Program-made: the position numbers and the translations under genes
Shown here: in pieces, positions 50,758 through 63,419 of the stretch
Numbering within the stretch: the first letter of the stretch is position 1
Layout: every line of letters starts with the position of its first letter
Notes under the pieces: model-generated
What the model saw: the letters and a program-made list of their open reading frames with translations, nothing else
What the model was told of the DNA's origin: nothing
Database searches by the model: none
Assembly: GCA_000708835.1 (NCBI GenBank)
Contig: DF237002.1
Coordinates: 91,091-155,090 of the forward strand
Length of the DNA: 64,000 nucleotides
Source: Klebsormidium nitens
Lineage: Eukaryota; Plantae; Klebsormidiophyceae
Reading direction: 5' to 3'

Positions 50758-51982
50758 GAAGTTGCTGCCCTGCTTTCAGATGAGTCTGGTAAAACCATCG
50801 GCGGCCAGCTTGGGCAGCGCAATGCAGGGTCAGGCCGCTTCCTCATCATGAATTCTGCATTCAAAATTTGCAAAGAAGGTCGTCTTGTGATGGTCACTTC
50901 ATGAACACGTGCACACCCGGGCGCATAACACATAAAACATCAGAGTAGCGTTCGTAAATGCAAAGGCTACAGCTGTGATCGGCTTGGCTGGCTATAGAAC
51001 AAGACATCCAATCAAATGCAGCGCTCTCGTTGCCTCCAGTGGCAGCCGCCCTCTGCTGCTGAGCTGCGCTGATCTGCAGCACGGCTGCCTGAAACACGAG
51101 GTTATTGGCATGGTTAAAGTTTTGGTTAATTTTAAACTATTTGTCGGAGTACCGCGCCGCGCGGATTGTTGAACCTGCTAACCCTGTGTACCGCGCGGCC
51201 GCCGTAAGCGTGCCCGCGGCCGGCCCAGGGCCTACATCGGAAAGGGCCCAGGCGCGTAATGCCTAGGTACATGGGCATATACTGGGCCCTGGGTGGCATG
51301 GCGTCAGGCCTTCGCAGATAAGGACCGATCTTGGAGGAGCCACGAACCGCATAGGTATGTCGATTTCCAAAGCTAGCAATCATTGTCGCTTGGGCATCCG
51401 AAGGCGCATGCAAACCCAATTACATAGTGTTGCAGCGTCAAGCCAATGTCCAATCAGACCAATGTAGAAACCGGAGGAAAGCTTGACTGCAGAAGCATCC
51501 ATCCTAACAACTGATAGCCATTGCCTAGACGGCTTTTGATGCACCGCCTTGAAGATTACCCATGCGCTAGTTAAGCTGTCAGATTTCTCCCCGGAACCAA
51601 GCCACGGAACTAAGCCTTGAAGCTTCAAAAAGTTGTGGACCCGAAACTTCGTGATCGTTACAACTTCTCATGCATAAAACTTCGTAAATCTGTCGAGACC
51701 GACACAGTAACAAAAGTACGTACTTGTGCTCAAACACGCAATAACCACCACCAGAAAACGGCAACAAAGAAAGTTGCTTATTGTTTATCGTTTGTACCCG
51801 TGGCTTTCCTCCAAGTCTAGCTTTGTGCCGCGAGTACCTATGTTCCATACGCAATAAATGGTGCAGCCTTTCGCAATCTTTGATCCCAGCCTCCTGAAGA
51901 ACCCCTACCTTGCAGTCAGACTACCAATGTAGCTCAAGCGTACCAGTGACCATCTCAGTCTTTGGACCTTCCAATGAACTTC

Positions 51983-54759
51983 TTAAGACGACGGCAACTT
52001 CAAAGGCTCAGGTTTGGGTGGCGGTGCAGATCCAGTTGTCGGCCTGCAAAACAGGCCAGTAGACCCATTCAACCATCGTCTTGATTCACAGCTCAAGGGC
52101 AATATAATCTGAATCTTACTGTACACACAAACTCAGTAAGTCCTTTAACGACAACCAATTAGCGATTCTAAGACTCGTCTTGCCACAGGAAACCTCGCTA
52201 CAAGCACAATCGCCCTCCGACTATCACTCCGGCAAAGCTACAAAATTCGTCAGATACAGATATTATCACAGATTCGCCAGTCAGATATTCTACAAGAAAG
52301 AAACGATGAACTATTCTGGTGCAAAAGGAATGGATCATCGACTTACAGGCCAACGTAGACCTTGAATGCATCGTAGATGCCCCACTGCAGTCCAGTCAGC
52401 GTGCCGACCATGACAATCCTGAGCGGCAGGCCTCTGGTCATGAGACCAACGAGGCCAATATCCTTCACAGCCTGCAGATCCAGATCAGAACCTTTTGTCA
52501 GCAAGTAATCACTGTTCCATGCAAGAAGTACCTTCTAATGCAGCGACACTGCTGGTGAGCCAGTCAATAAGTCTCCCTCGCCTGGGAGCTTTTGTAGATT
52601 TCGAGGACTCCACGGACAACAGCTGATTATACACGGGCATGGTGGAATTCTGCAGTAACTTCTCCTTCCAAAATCTCAGCGGCAAGTCCAGATTTCCATG
52701 GCAAGCCCCAGAGACCATGTGGGAAGGAACAACTTCAGCCAGATCGAAATTCGAGCCCGTTTCGAAAGAGCAGATATCCAAGTCAGAAATTTTCACACCT
52801 CCTCACTCCAGAAAGGAGCCGCATGGACCAGTTGAAGGTGGGAAGGGGTGCACCGTCTGGCTGTACGATTGCGTGCAAGAACCTTCCAGGACCAATAGAA
52901 ATATCAAAAACGAGGACGAAACATAGCACAATCCAGCAACTGACCTGGCCAACAGTAGCGCCCTTCTTGTTGTTCAGGTATGACACAAGGTTGTCAGCAG
53001 GATGGGACACAACGGCGCAGAAGACTCCGGCAATATATCCTGCCAGGAAGCTGACGCCCAGCTGCGTCTGCTTGGAGCACTCGCTCTTGGGAATGGGAAC
53101 CACATGCTTGTACAGGGCCTCAACCGTGCTCTCGAAGCAGGCAAACTTCATCATCGTGTCTGTAGGAAGAGTGTGGTGATGTCAACGACTGAAATGCAGA
53201 TATTCGATGTTATGATCCACAAACGAGAGCCCAGCCCCTGCAAGTTGTTGCGATGATGCTGCAGTAGAGTAACTTGTCTTGAACAGTGCTTGTGACGCCA
53301 TTGCAAGTCAATCACAAGCAGACTAAAGAGGGCACCGGATTGAAGCCTTGGCTCTACCGCCCATCTACCAGAATTTCGTGTGCAAATTGAGCAGCAAAAG
53401 AATCAGGCTCTTCAAAGTTGAGCGGCACCAAAATCAGGCTCTTCAAAGAAGGCTACCAAAAGTGACAACACACTCACAAGGAATTTGGCGGCCCCACAGT
53501 GGTACAAGGCCCTTGTACAACCTGCAATTGGGAAAGTGTGTCTGCTTAAGATACCCTCAACAACTCAAGCACTGCAGGCTGCAGGGCTTCACAACCACCA
53601 AAACAGATGGGGTAAAGTGCAAAACGCAAGTTGCCACCAGCAAGGAACAGCCAAAGATCCACCGCAGCAAGAGCAGAAGACCAGTATCACTCACCCTCCA
53701 AAGCCCTCTGCTGCAATGAACTTCGGGAAGCCGTCAGAGAGGCCCTGTGCAAATCCAGGCTGCGTCTGCACGCGCACCTTGACAGCCTCAAATGGACAAA
53801 GGGCGATGTCTGCGATGAACTCTGCTGAGGCACTTCCAGCCAGGTAGATGAGCGTCTTGTACTTCTTCGCATTCTCCTCCCCGGCCAAATCAGAATACTT
53901 CTTCTTGAAATACTCGTAGAAGCCAAATTTGCAAGCTCCCTGAGCGGAGTAACCCAGAAGCGTGGGTGCCCAGCCCTTGAAGAAGCCCTTCACACCCTGC
54001 TCCCGGAAAAGAGTACCAAACCCGGACCCAATGCTCTTGTACTTGGTAGGATTGATCTGCAAGCAAAAGCTTTCATCGTTACCAGCTCTCCAGACCCAGA
54101 TCTCAAATCGGCTTCTACAATGGTAGAAGAACAGTCACAGGATATGCCTAGGCCTGCTGTGCTGAACAATCCAACAAACTCGGGCCAGTAGAACCTATTT
54201 ACATGGTCAGATCCTGTATCCAGCGCACACAACCTTTCCCCAGCCACAGCTTGATCCATGTAATATGGTTATCTTCCAATGACCTCATGCAGGGACCAAC
54301 AAGGATCAATTACAGACTTCGCAATTATTGCTACTTACAATTACCAGCAAGACGATACTGATCAGCTAGAAGAGGACCAATCAATAATCAGCATCCTACC
54401 TGCATGTTGCACTTGACTAGATCCAGCGGAGTAACAGCCATGTGGGTGAGGCCGCAACTCAAGATCCCACCAACTGTGCACGCCGCATAGAACTGAGGCG
54501 AGTACATCTCAATCTTCCCTTCACCAGCAGCCGGCACAAAGACCTTCTTTCCGATGTTGAACTTCTCTCTCAAGCTGATCTCATTTGGGGAAGGGATGAA
54601 TTGGCTGGGAGCTGGGTCTGAAGCGGGGGCAGATGCAGGGCTGCCATTGCTCAGAGCAGAGAAAGCCTTCTTGGAGGTATACAAATGCGATGCAGGAGAA
54701 AGAGATGTGAAGGCAGTCGACTGCACGTCCTGAGCTTTCCAGGACAGAGAGAACGCCAT
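51983..54759 (-). CDS. MPT: Mitochondrial phosphate carrier (SLC25/PHT3)
   Basis: Exons approx 54759-54400 ([37 protein letters not shown]), 54056-53695 ([37 protein letters not shown]), ~53521-53478 ([14 protein letters not shown]), ~53157-52945 ([19 protein letters not shown]), ~52470-52347 ([24 protein letters not shown]) and ~52044-51983 (LPTTG). Px[DE]xx[KR] carrier signatures are present. Confidence 0.95.
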
Positions 54760-55357
54760 GTCTATCCGCGCAGCTTGCACACCTGGACGAAGCGTTGTTC
54801 TCCGAGGGATTTTTGCTGCTGCTTCTGAAGGCAGAAACCTACGATCTGTTCTGACGGGCCCCGCCCAAACTGACTGGAACTTGATCCAGACCTTTCCTCC
54901 TCCACCACTGCACTGGTCAGCACTCAGCAGCAGCAGCATGGATTCTCGAATCTCAGAAGAGGGATTGCGAGTTCTGTAACCGAATCAGTGAAGTTCATCT
55001 GCAATTGAATCGAGGCGGTCGAAACTTTTAGAGAGTTCATTCTTAGCCGTTAGATTCTTCAGACTTAAAATATTCGGCGGACTTCCGAAGCAAGATCCGT
55101 GCATTTTGTCGAACAAACTAGACACGCGAACTTCTACGCAGGTGTGAGCACTGAGGCCTGCATTGCATGGTGACTCAACTTCTTGCTCAATTGGACTTCA
55201 CCGCCATGGCATTCGGATGACCACTTTCCACCAAGCAGCAATCAGACGGCCAAGAGGGCGCAGGCCACCTGAACACCCATTGGGGAGTGCTTAAAGGGGC
55301 CCCGTGGGAGGGCGCTGGAATTAAAACGTGCGAGTTGCGAATTATTCGTTCCGAACG

Positions 55358-57587
55358 ATGGCAAAGGGGAAGAGAAGATTTTATGCGGTTCGAAGAGGTT
55401 ATCAGCCAGGCATCTACAAATCCTGGGAGGAGTGCTCGGTGCAGGTACGTTAGAGGTGCCATGTGGTTTCTCGACTGCCTATAGATGCTCTGAATCTCAC
55501 TGCTGCCTTCCTTCAACTTCTTCCTTGAAGTAAGCCTCTTGCTGGTCTGTGACGCTGCTGTCTGTCTTGCAGGTGCTGGGGTTTCCTTCAGCTGATCACA
55601 AGAGCTTCAGCACAGAGTCTGAAGCGAGAGCATACTTACATGCTTCAGATGTGACGGCATTACACACTTCAGAGCATGGGATTTCTCTCCAAGACAATGA
55701 TGTCTGCACCGAAGTTTCTCAGGTTCTGCAAGTGGTAGACAGTAGCCAGCAAAGAAGTCCGTTAGAAGATCCCACTTGCCAGCCTGCCAAGAAGAGAGCT
55801 GTCGGCCTATATAACCACCAGCCTGTAGGGGGAAGTGACGGAATGCTGAAAGAGAGTCCTGCCGGAACTGAGTCCACAGATACTAGGCTTGAAACGTTGA
55901 ATAACGTTGATGTGGTATCAAATTCAGCATCTCCAAACTTCCAATCAAACAACCTGGTTGAAAGCAGCCAGAATTTAGAACAGAGACTTGGTGGTGAGGA
56001 TGGAGATGCTGTTCGGAGCAATCTTGCGAGCGGGACAGCAGATGCAGGTGTGGCCGGCCCAAGTGTGCTCATCAATGCAGCAGCATTGCAGAGAAGGGCA
56101 AAGACCATCTCTGAGGAAGTGAGCAATCTCACGTAAAACTTTCACTGGCTCGTTAAATCCAATCAGAGTGTAGTCAAAGAAGCCCGTGGCTGTTCGCTAC
56201 AAGTGTCCTGCTCGTCAAATCCAATCAGTGGGTGGTGAAAGAAGCTTGATTGCGCAACACGTCTTTGGTTTGAGAAGAGTGCAGAAGTGATGCCGACAGT
56301 GCTTGCTCAAGATGCACAACATCGACTGGGTGTCTTCAAACGGGTTCTTGCAAGTGTTACAGGTGAAGAAAGCGAACCAGCCTTGATGTCTAAATCATGC
56401 CCCCTCTCCCAACAGCCTGTGTATGTTCTCGAGTTCGATGGTGCGTCAAAGGGTAACCCGGGGCCAGCGGGGGCCGGTGCTGTTTTGCGGAAGCCCGATG
56501 GTACAATAGTGAGTGCTTCGATGCCCCCTCGCTCTAGCCACACTGCGTCCACGACCAGCTCAGATCAGGCAATCTTCAGAAGCATCGGTGAAGGAAGCAG
56601 CAGCGTAAGGTTTGCTTGTCATAGGTGCCGCACCAAGTCTCTTGCGTTTTTTTCCCTTTGGGGCGTTGCTCAGTGTACATTAGGTCTGGCGAATCTTTGG
56701 TGGTTGCAACCAGATTGAACTCTCTTCCTGACCCACAACTTCTTCGCCTATGCCAGGAAGAAGAACTTGTTGAGTACGTAGGTCCAAAGGCCACAAACAA
56801 CGCCGCAGAATACCGAGGGCTGATTATTGGTTTGGAGGCGGCGCGAGCAAGGGGCATTCGGCGGTTGCATGTCAAAGGAGACTCGAAATTGGTTGTGTGC
56901 CAAGTAAGTTCTCTTTTGAAGCCCTTGGACCTAACCGGGTTGATTCTGCTTGCCGTCAACCTTGCACCAGGAATGTTGATTCCGGATACGCGCAGCATTT
57001 GGTATCAACACCATGTGAAACAGGAGGGGTCACGATGAGCACAGTATGGATCAGAGTCTGGGGCCTAGTGGTGTTAAGCTGCACTTCATTCGCTGCCTGC
57101 ATAGCTTTGATGAAACGGTGGTACAGTAATTTCCGTGTGGCTTTTCAATCCTACAGATGTTGGGCCGCTGGAAGGTCCAGAATGTCGACATGATTGCGCT
57201 TCATAAAGAGGCAAAGAGTGTGGCAGCCAGCTTTGAAGAGTTCAAGATCGAGCACATGCTGCGGGTGAGGCAAAACTGCGATTGTCTTTCAGTATGTAGG
57301 GACACAGATCTGGAGGGGTCATTAAAGGACGACAAGCTCGTAGACTGTCCTCAAAATTGCTTAGAGCGCGGCAGATGCGACACAGGCTTGGACAAAAACC
57401 TTATCTCTGTCTTTTGTTCTTGTCTTCCAAATGTCCCAGCCTCCGCAATAAGTAATCTGGGGCTCTGAACCCATGATGAAACAGTTGCCCCCTTCCGCCC
57501 CTGACAAATCTGAGTGCCACTCTTTGCAGGAATTCAACTCAACCGCTGACAAGCTTGCAAACATCGCTGTCTTGCGAGCCCCAAACG
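55358..57587 (+). CDS. RNH1: Ribonuclease H1, plant type (N-terminal hybrid-binding domain plus RNase HI domain); 3' end beyond 57587 unresolved
   Basis: Exons 55358-55444 (FYAVRRGYQPGIYKSWEEC), 55573-56118 (VLGFPSADHKSFSTESEARAYL plus spacer), 56416-56508 (LEFDGASKGNPGPAGAG), 56757-56903 (ATNNAAEY..KGDSKLV), 57157-57264 (WKV) and 57530-57587 (NSTADKLAN). All four acidic catalytic residues are present. Confidence 0.88.
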
Positions 57588-59259
57588 GTGAGTTTCCAAA
57601 AAGGTACCTCCTATTGGTGCTGTTGAAATTGGGGTTGGTTCGGGGTTTTCGATTGCATCCTACGTCCCGAGATTTGCCCAACTTTACAGAATGTAAGGAG
57701 TGACGCTGCTTGCCTTCTGAGAGTCTAAAATTCTCGATTGACCAGTCTCTAGGCGTCCTGTCATGCAACAGCGGGCCGCCAAACACCTCCATATCTGCTT
57801 GTTGTGGCAGCAACGACTCCTTCAAGTTGTCGTGCTGATCCTGCTCTTGCTTTTGAAAGGTCGGCCGGATTTGGTCGGTATGGGCGCCGTCCTGACCAGC
57901 GGAAGCGCTGGAGGGGCCCTCTGTAGCAGCACATGTTCTGAGTCCGCATCCGCAAGCGATGCCACTCTGCTGACCATGAGCATGCGTGCCCGGCGCTCTT
58001 TTCTGCACAGCTGCCGGCAGGTACTGAGGGCCAAGTTGAACCGGGTGGAGACGATCCCGCCGGTGAGTTCGGTGCTGCCGAAAACCTGCTCTTCTGATGC
58101 TTGCATTGTTAAATTGGTGGTGAAATGCGGTGCAGAAGTAGAACTTGCACAGGTTTGCATATGTTGTGTTGCGCTGTGGATAGTTGCGGTGTGTTGACTT
58201 TTCTATAAAGTGTATACTGACGTGCAAAGCAACTGATGGTGAGGACGAGAAGGGCGGGAGTTACCCTCCGCTGCACGTAGCATGAGCATGAGAAGCTGCA
58301 CTTCCGTGTTTCAAAAGGTGTGTTGCTCGATTTCGAAATGAAGCTTCGCTTCTGACCTTTTTATTGGGACCGGGCTAGAATATTTACGATCCTCTTTCAT
58401 TGATCTGCTCTCTTGTTGCAGGTGGCCTCGCATTCGTGGACTCCCTGCAGACTTCTTATGCATCACAGTTCAACGCATCGACCACAGATCCAACGAGACC
58501 TGCAATCAAGTCGTGTGAGGTATAGGACCCCGCAACAATTGGCCGGTTTACTAACTCTGCATTTTCTGAGAAGTATCCCAAGGGTTAGAATGCTGCGACC
58601 AATGCCGATGCTCCACCGTCAGAGCTTCGCTCCAACCTTAATCAGGATACTGCATTAACAGGAAGTCGCCAGGAACTTGCGGATTGCGGCACTTTCTATT
58701 TACTTCTTACGAACTCACAGCTAGTAGGGGCAATGAATGTTTTGCGCGACGCGTAGCTGACTGTATGAATGGAACCGTCTTAATGCAAGAGCTGCAGTGG
58801 ATGGTCGCATGCAAGGTGGTGTCGACTAGAGTGTCTCATCTGTTTCATCCACGTCTTGCTGACCATGATTTAAGGTGGATCTCGTCATTTTCATGATTGA
58901 TTGGATCACTAAGGCATCCTTAATGGTCCTACTCTGCCGCACTTGCGGGCATGGGCTGGCAGCAATCTGTCTATCTGGTAGTATGCACGTATGGTCACCC
59001 CTTTCATACATGCATACATGTTTAAACATGAGAGAAGTGGTTGTCAGTGTTTTATGCAGATGGAGCCTCTGGCGCTCTTGTTGCATCGATCAATTTGGAT
59101 TATATATGTCATGCAATCTCATGGATCGAAAAGAGACCACATTCAACAAGAGGCGGCTGTGGTCGACCACTAGGCCATGCAGCGCCTCATGTGTGTAGTG
59201 CCCACGTGGGCGGCCGCAGCGTATGTGCTTATAGCAATGCAAATCCATTATTCTGTATA

Positions 59260-59302
59260 AGTGACCATATAGTGACCATATAGTGACCATATCATGGTCA
59301 CT
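59260..59302. repeat. Three perfect AGTGACCATAT 11-mers followed by an inverted copy
   Basis: Units at 59260, 59271 and 59282, then ATGGTCACT at 59294-59302 (reverse complement of AGTGACCAT). Confidence 0.85.
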
Positions 59303-59775
59303 TCTTTTTATACACGCTGAAGCACTTGGGCCCATGGCGCGCAAAAACAAGCAAATTCGGAGTTCAAAGTTCGGGCCCTTCATCAAAAATGATTACTGTT
59401 CTAGTTACCGTGCGCGGTTACTAACAACAAAGCAATTCATGACTAACATGTGACATGCTACCTCATCATGGCGTAACTACTGGGTATATAAAAGTCACTT
59501 CTTTCTATAGTCAGAGGCAAAGGGATTATCATTGTCTCTATAATGAAAGGGACTCCTATAATCAAACTAGTTTCCCTTCTTCTCCGCGCGCTTGTTGGGC
59601 TGCGGCAAGTTGTGGAGCAACAGCTGGAGCGCCAGCATTGTGTGTCCCCACGCGCGGACGGTAGTCCAGAAGGTAGTTCAAGCGGAGATTGTCGCTTTGC
59701 CTCGATCTCATGCAAAACCGGAGCAGGCACTGCAGACGTAGGGTGGTCAACCGGGGTGCTCTTGACAATTAACAT

Positions 59776-60826
59776 AAGCCACAAGCTACTTAGGGTGGGC
59801 ACTGGGTACCGGCCGAGTCGATTCTGACTCGATTCGCGACGATATTGTGACTCGGCGAATCAAATTTCGTCAGTAGTACTCACTGCTCAGGCGGACCGCA
59901 GAACTTCGCGATGGACGAAATCGCAGCGCTACCGTCCGATCTGAACGTAAGGACTCCAGTCTGCAAAGTTTAGCTAGGGGGTCGCAAGCCTTGGCAGGAC
60001 AGGTTCCGATACTCGGGTTTGGACAAAACGGGCCTAACTGAGAATCAACGAAAGATCTCGAGCGTTCATTTTCTGACGTCAAAATCTGGACGGCAGCGCT
60101 GCGATTCTTGGTCGTCCCCCAGCTATTCTGCGGTTCTGCGGTCCGCCTGTACTGGCGGTTCACGCCGAGTGACATTTGTGTAACACGTACGGTACAAGTA
60201 CTTAGAATTTTCCGCTCGGCCGTGACGCAGTGTGATAGAATCGTAAGATAGTGTTATGATTTACACTTTCAAAGAAGCAACAAAATAGCGCACATAGATG
60301 AGGCTTATGCAGCATGTAGGAACCTTTGACAAGCATAAAAAAATGTTGGGAGAGCGTCACTAGGTGTTGTTTGAAGCCCAAAGTGTTTGTTTTGTTGAGG
60401 ACAAATCTGGAAAAAGAGCATACGAGGCGCAAAGTTGGCCGCCATTGTTGGTTTTCAGAAAGCGCCTTCTCTTACACTTCTCTTTCGAGTCTCTGCACTT
60501 CTCTTTCAGCCTAGGTACCGCGGTACTCTTCCGTGGTCCAAGTCGGAACTTCCGACCGAGACCATAAAATTTGAATTCTCGGGACCCGCAGACTCGATCC
60601 ACCCGCGACGGTACCGTACCACCGAATTTTACGCATGTGTCAGTCGGCCGACGTGTCAGAAAAATGCCAATTCATGAACTCCGACCGGATTCTCAAGTAC
60701 CGCCGAGTACATTCGTAAGTACCGCGTACAAAATTCGTCGCGACGCGTGACACCGGTGAATCAAATCGTGACCCAATCGTCGCGCGATCGATACCGTCGA
60801 TACCCACCCTAGGTTGCTTGTGGCTT
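59776..60826. mobile_element. About 1.05-kb non-coding element bounded by 26-bp imperfect terminal inverted repeats (non-autonomous DNA transposon-like)
   Basis: 59776-59801 AAGCCACAAGCTACTTAGGGTGGGCA vs the reverse complement of 60801-60826 AAGCCACAAGCAACCTAGGGTGGGTA (23/26 identical). The subterminal regions are CpG-rich with many short palindromes (GAGTC/GACTC, GGTACC, TCGCGA). No credible ORF and no TSD found. Confidence 0.55.
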
Positions 60827-61849
60827 GCATGGGGGGTTTCATCTGATCTTCTCGTTTCAAGCGTCGTAGCCACATGGGCCGGGCCATAGGCTTCCATGGC
60901 ATACATCATCATTGGAATATGTGTCTTGAGTTTTGAACAATCACGAACATGCTAGCCGGCTTCATTTGTCACTAAATATGGTCCAGCTTCAAATAGTACA
61001 CTTATCCAATGTTGGCACAGATGATATGGTCCACGCCCTCGTTAGCTATCATTGAATTGAGTATTCCTGTAGAAAGCAATCGCATGGGCGTGTTCATGTA
61101 CATACCGCACCGGCCATATGCAATTTCTCATGCCATCCGCACAATACGGCTTGCACAAACAGCGTGCCACCTCTCCCAACCAGGATTACACTAGAATGCA
61201 TACGCAGCACTAAGAAAAGATGCATGTGCATGTTTGCAACCGTGCAGACTAATTCGGCGATGCCCCATTCACTTTCAACTATGGATGGATTGAATACTGA
61301 CCAACAGTACCGTCTCAGTTAAGGATCACACAAAACTGTGAGATGCACAGAACCAGAAATGACCCTCCTAGTTATGAACTTGGAATGCATAAGATTGAAA
61401 ATGGAAATGAAATAGGTGCATTCAGATGTTGAAGGCTGGAGAAAACAACCTTTCAAGGATAGGTTATAGATTTCTGAGAATTGTAGCACAATTTATGCGT
61501 TTGTCAAAATCGTCTCAGGTATTATTACCAAAGCTAGACCTACTCAAAGAATGGTTCAATATCACTGCAGAGCAATGTACCCCGGGAATATCAGTACTCA
61601 ATCCAAAGTTGGTATTATTTGACGCCAAATGAATCAACTACCTACTGCAGTACAAAAATCAGTGTATATCATACTCCTTCCTCTCGTGCTCACCTCAATT
61701 CAACAAATGCCACAATTGCAACCCCAGGGCCGAGCGAGATTGTTAACCTAACAATGTACAACTACATTACCGTGAGTCCCAAGTCCCAAGTGGAGGAAGG
61801 ATTCCAAAACAATCCAGTAGTCAGCCTCTGGATTCAAGCATTCACTCAA

Positions 61850-63419
61850 TTACTGATACAAATTCCGGACCTTGTCCTGGATCAAATCCCGCTCCCACGG
61901 GGCCACGTTGTTGAACGCATCAGCAGGAAGGTGTTCAAACCTTTCCCAGTGAAAGTCTCCTTTCACAAGGTCAAAGGTGGCTGCTCGGATAGCGTCCTTC
62001 TTGGGCCCACAAGGTCGCTTTGACGTTAAAAACTCGTAAGCTTCCTCCATCTGCAAAAAGTTGGACAAGGAGCGTCAATTTTGAGAGGAGGCGTCTGAAC
62101 AAATCAACTTCCAGCTGCTTCATGCGGAAGCAGATTTAACGAGTAGTTGAACTCCTCCTCTTGTTGGAAGCACTTGGCAGAGCAGGAACTTCATCTGCCT
62201 TCCACTGAAACAGATAGTGGCGCAAGGTAAAGCGCATGTCCTCTTTGTTTCCATAGATCAGAAGAGCAGGCTCAGGCACTGCAGAAAACTGCCGTAGCTC
62301 TCTCTTTTCTCTCTGATAAGACTGCAAGGTAAGCTGCAACCAAGCTGCACTGTCACTTACCGTCATCCGCTGGAACCAGAATAGATATGCAATGGCACAC
62401 CCGGGCGCCCTGCCAAGCCCCGCTGTGCAGTGCAGATACACATTCCTGCCCTCGCAGGTCAGCCTGTCAATCGCAGCAACCATCCTAGGGAGCTCCTGTC
62501 TGAGACTGTTGGGGTCAAAGTCACGAGCGGGCCTGCGGATGTGGACCACCCCGAGCTCCTCGCAACGCTTCATAATGGGGTGTAGATCCACATGCCAATA
62601 AGCAATGTCATGGTCCTGCTGCAGGTTGACAATTGCTGTGATGCCCTCCTGATGGAACAATCTCTCTACATCCTCAGGGGTCTGAGGCTGCGAGCCAACA
62701 ATGAGGTTCGGTGTGATCCTTGTGTAGTACATGCCTGCAGCAGAGATGAATTTTCCTGTCAGTCTGACTGGTGAGGAAGAGTCCACCTTTACTTACGCCT
62801 GTAAAAGAGCATAATGAGGAGCTGCTTGACCAGAATAGCACGTGCAAGCTGGCTCTAATTTTGCAGGAAGCTCCTCGGCAAAACTTATGCAGATTGCTCG
62901 AGACCCAGGCATCCATACATGCACAGCATGCATATACTTTAAGGCTTTGAGCGTCACAATATTAAAAGCTCATCATGGCTTGATCTAGCTCTCACTTGCA
63001 GCAGGTCTGAAAACAACTCCCAATCTGACGTACATTTCCATTACAGCTTCAAAAACAGAGAGAAGCAGAGCAGCTTTGCTGCAACCAAGTAGCTCACCCA
63101 TCTCATGGTGATACTCGTATGGATTCGCCATGGCGCGCTTCATGTTCTCGTTGTACTCAGAAACTTTCGAGTCCTGGGAGGTCTGGACAGCACCAGAAGC
63201 CATGCAACTCTTCATGCCTGGAGCTCTGCTGCATGATTGATGCAGACTCTTACCTTGGGTATGACTCTGATTCAAAACCTGGAAACCTCTTCCAAAGAAC
63301 GGAGAGCTTGCAAGCTGCTTGCTAGGTAAGTGCGACGACTGACTGCTCTGCGAGGTGGACGGTGCACACAGCGGTGCCTCCAACACACCCCTGACGCACA
63401 AGCCCTGACAAGACGCCAT
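61850..63419 (-). CDS. LSF2: Phosphoglucan phosphatase LSF2 (chloroplast starch metabolism)
   Basis: Exons 63419-63098 (transit peptide, EYNENMKRAMANPYEYHHEMG), 62734-62361 (MYYTRITPNLIVGSQPQ..NLQQ..DFDPNSLR..VYLHCTAGLGRAP, with the CX5R site) and 62050-61850 (LTSKRPCGPKKDAIRAATFDL..ERDLIQDKVR). There is no CBM48 domain, which fits LSF2 rather than SEX4. Confidence 0.93.

Noticed and set aside
54560-54759. Long Ser/Ala/Pro-rich N-terminal extension on the phosphate carrier
   Set aside because: N-terminal extensions are normal for plant mitochondrial phosphate carriers.
56148-56245. 36-bp direct repeat (31/36 identical, 62-bp period) in an RNase H1 intron
   Set aside because: It does not copy an exon boundary and appears to be an ordinary small tandem duplication.
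55358-57587. RNase H domain as evidence of an LTR retrotransposon
   Set aside because: It has multiple spliceosomal introns and an N-terminal hybrid-binding domain, with no RT, integrase, gag or LTRs nearby. This is a cellular RNase H1.
61850-63419. Assignment as SEX4 with a lost carbohydrate-binding module
   Set aside because: The absence of CBM48 and the C-terminal RAATFDL..ERDLIQ segment fit ordinary LSF2.
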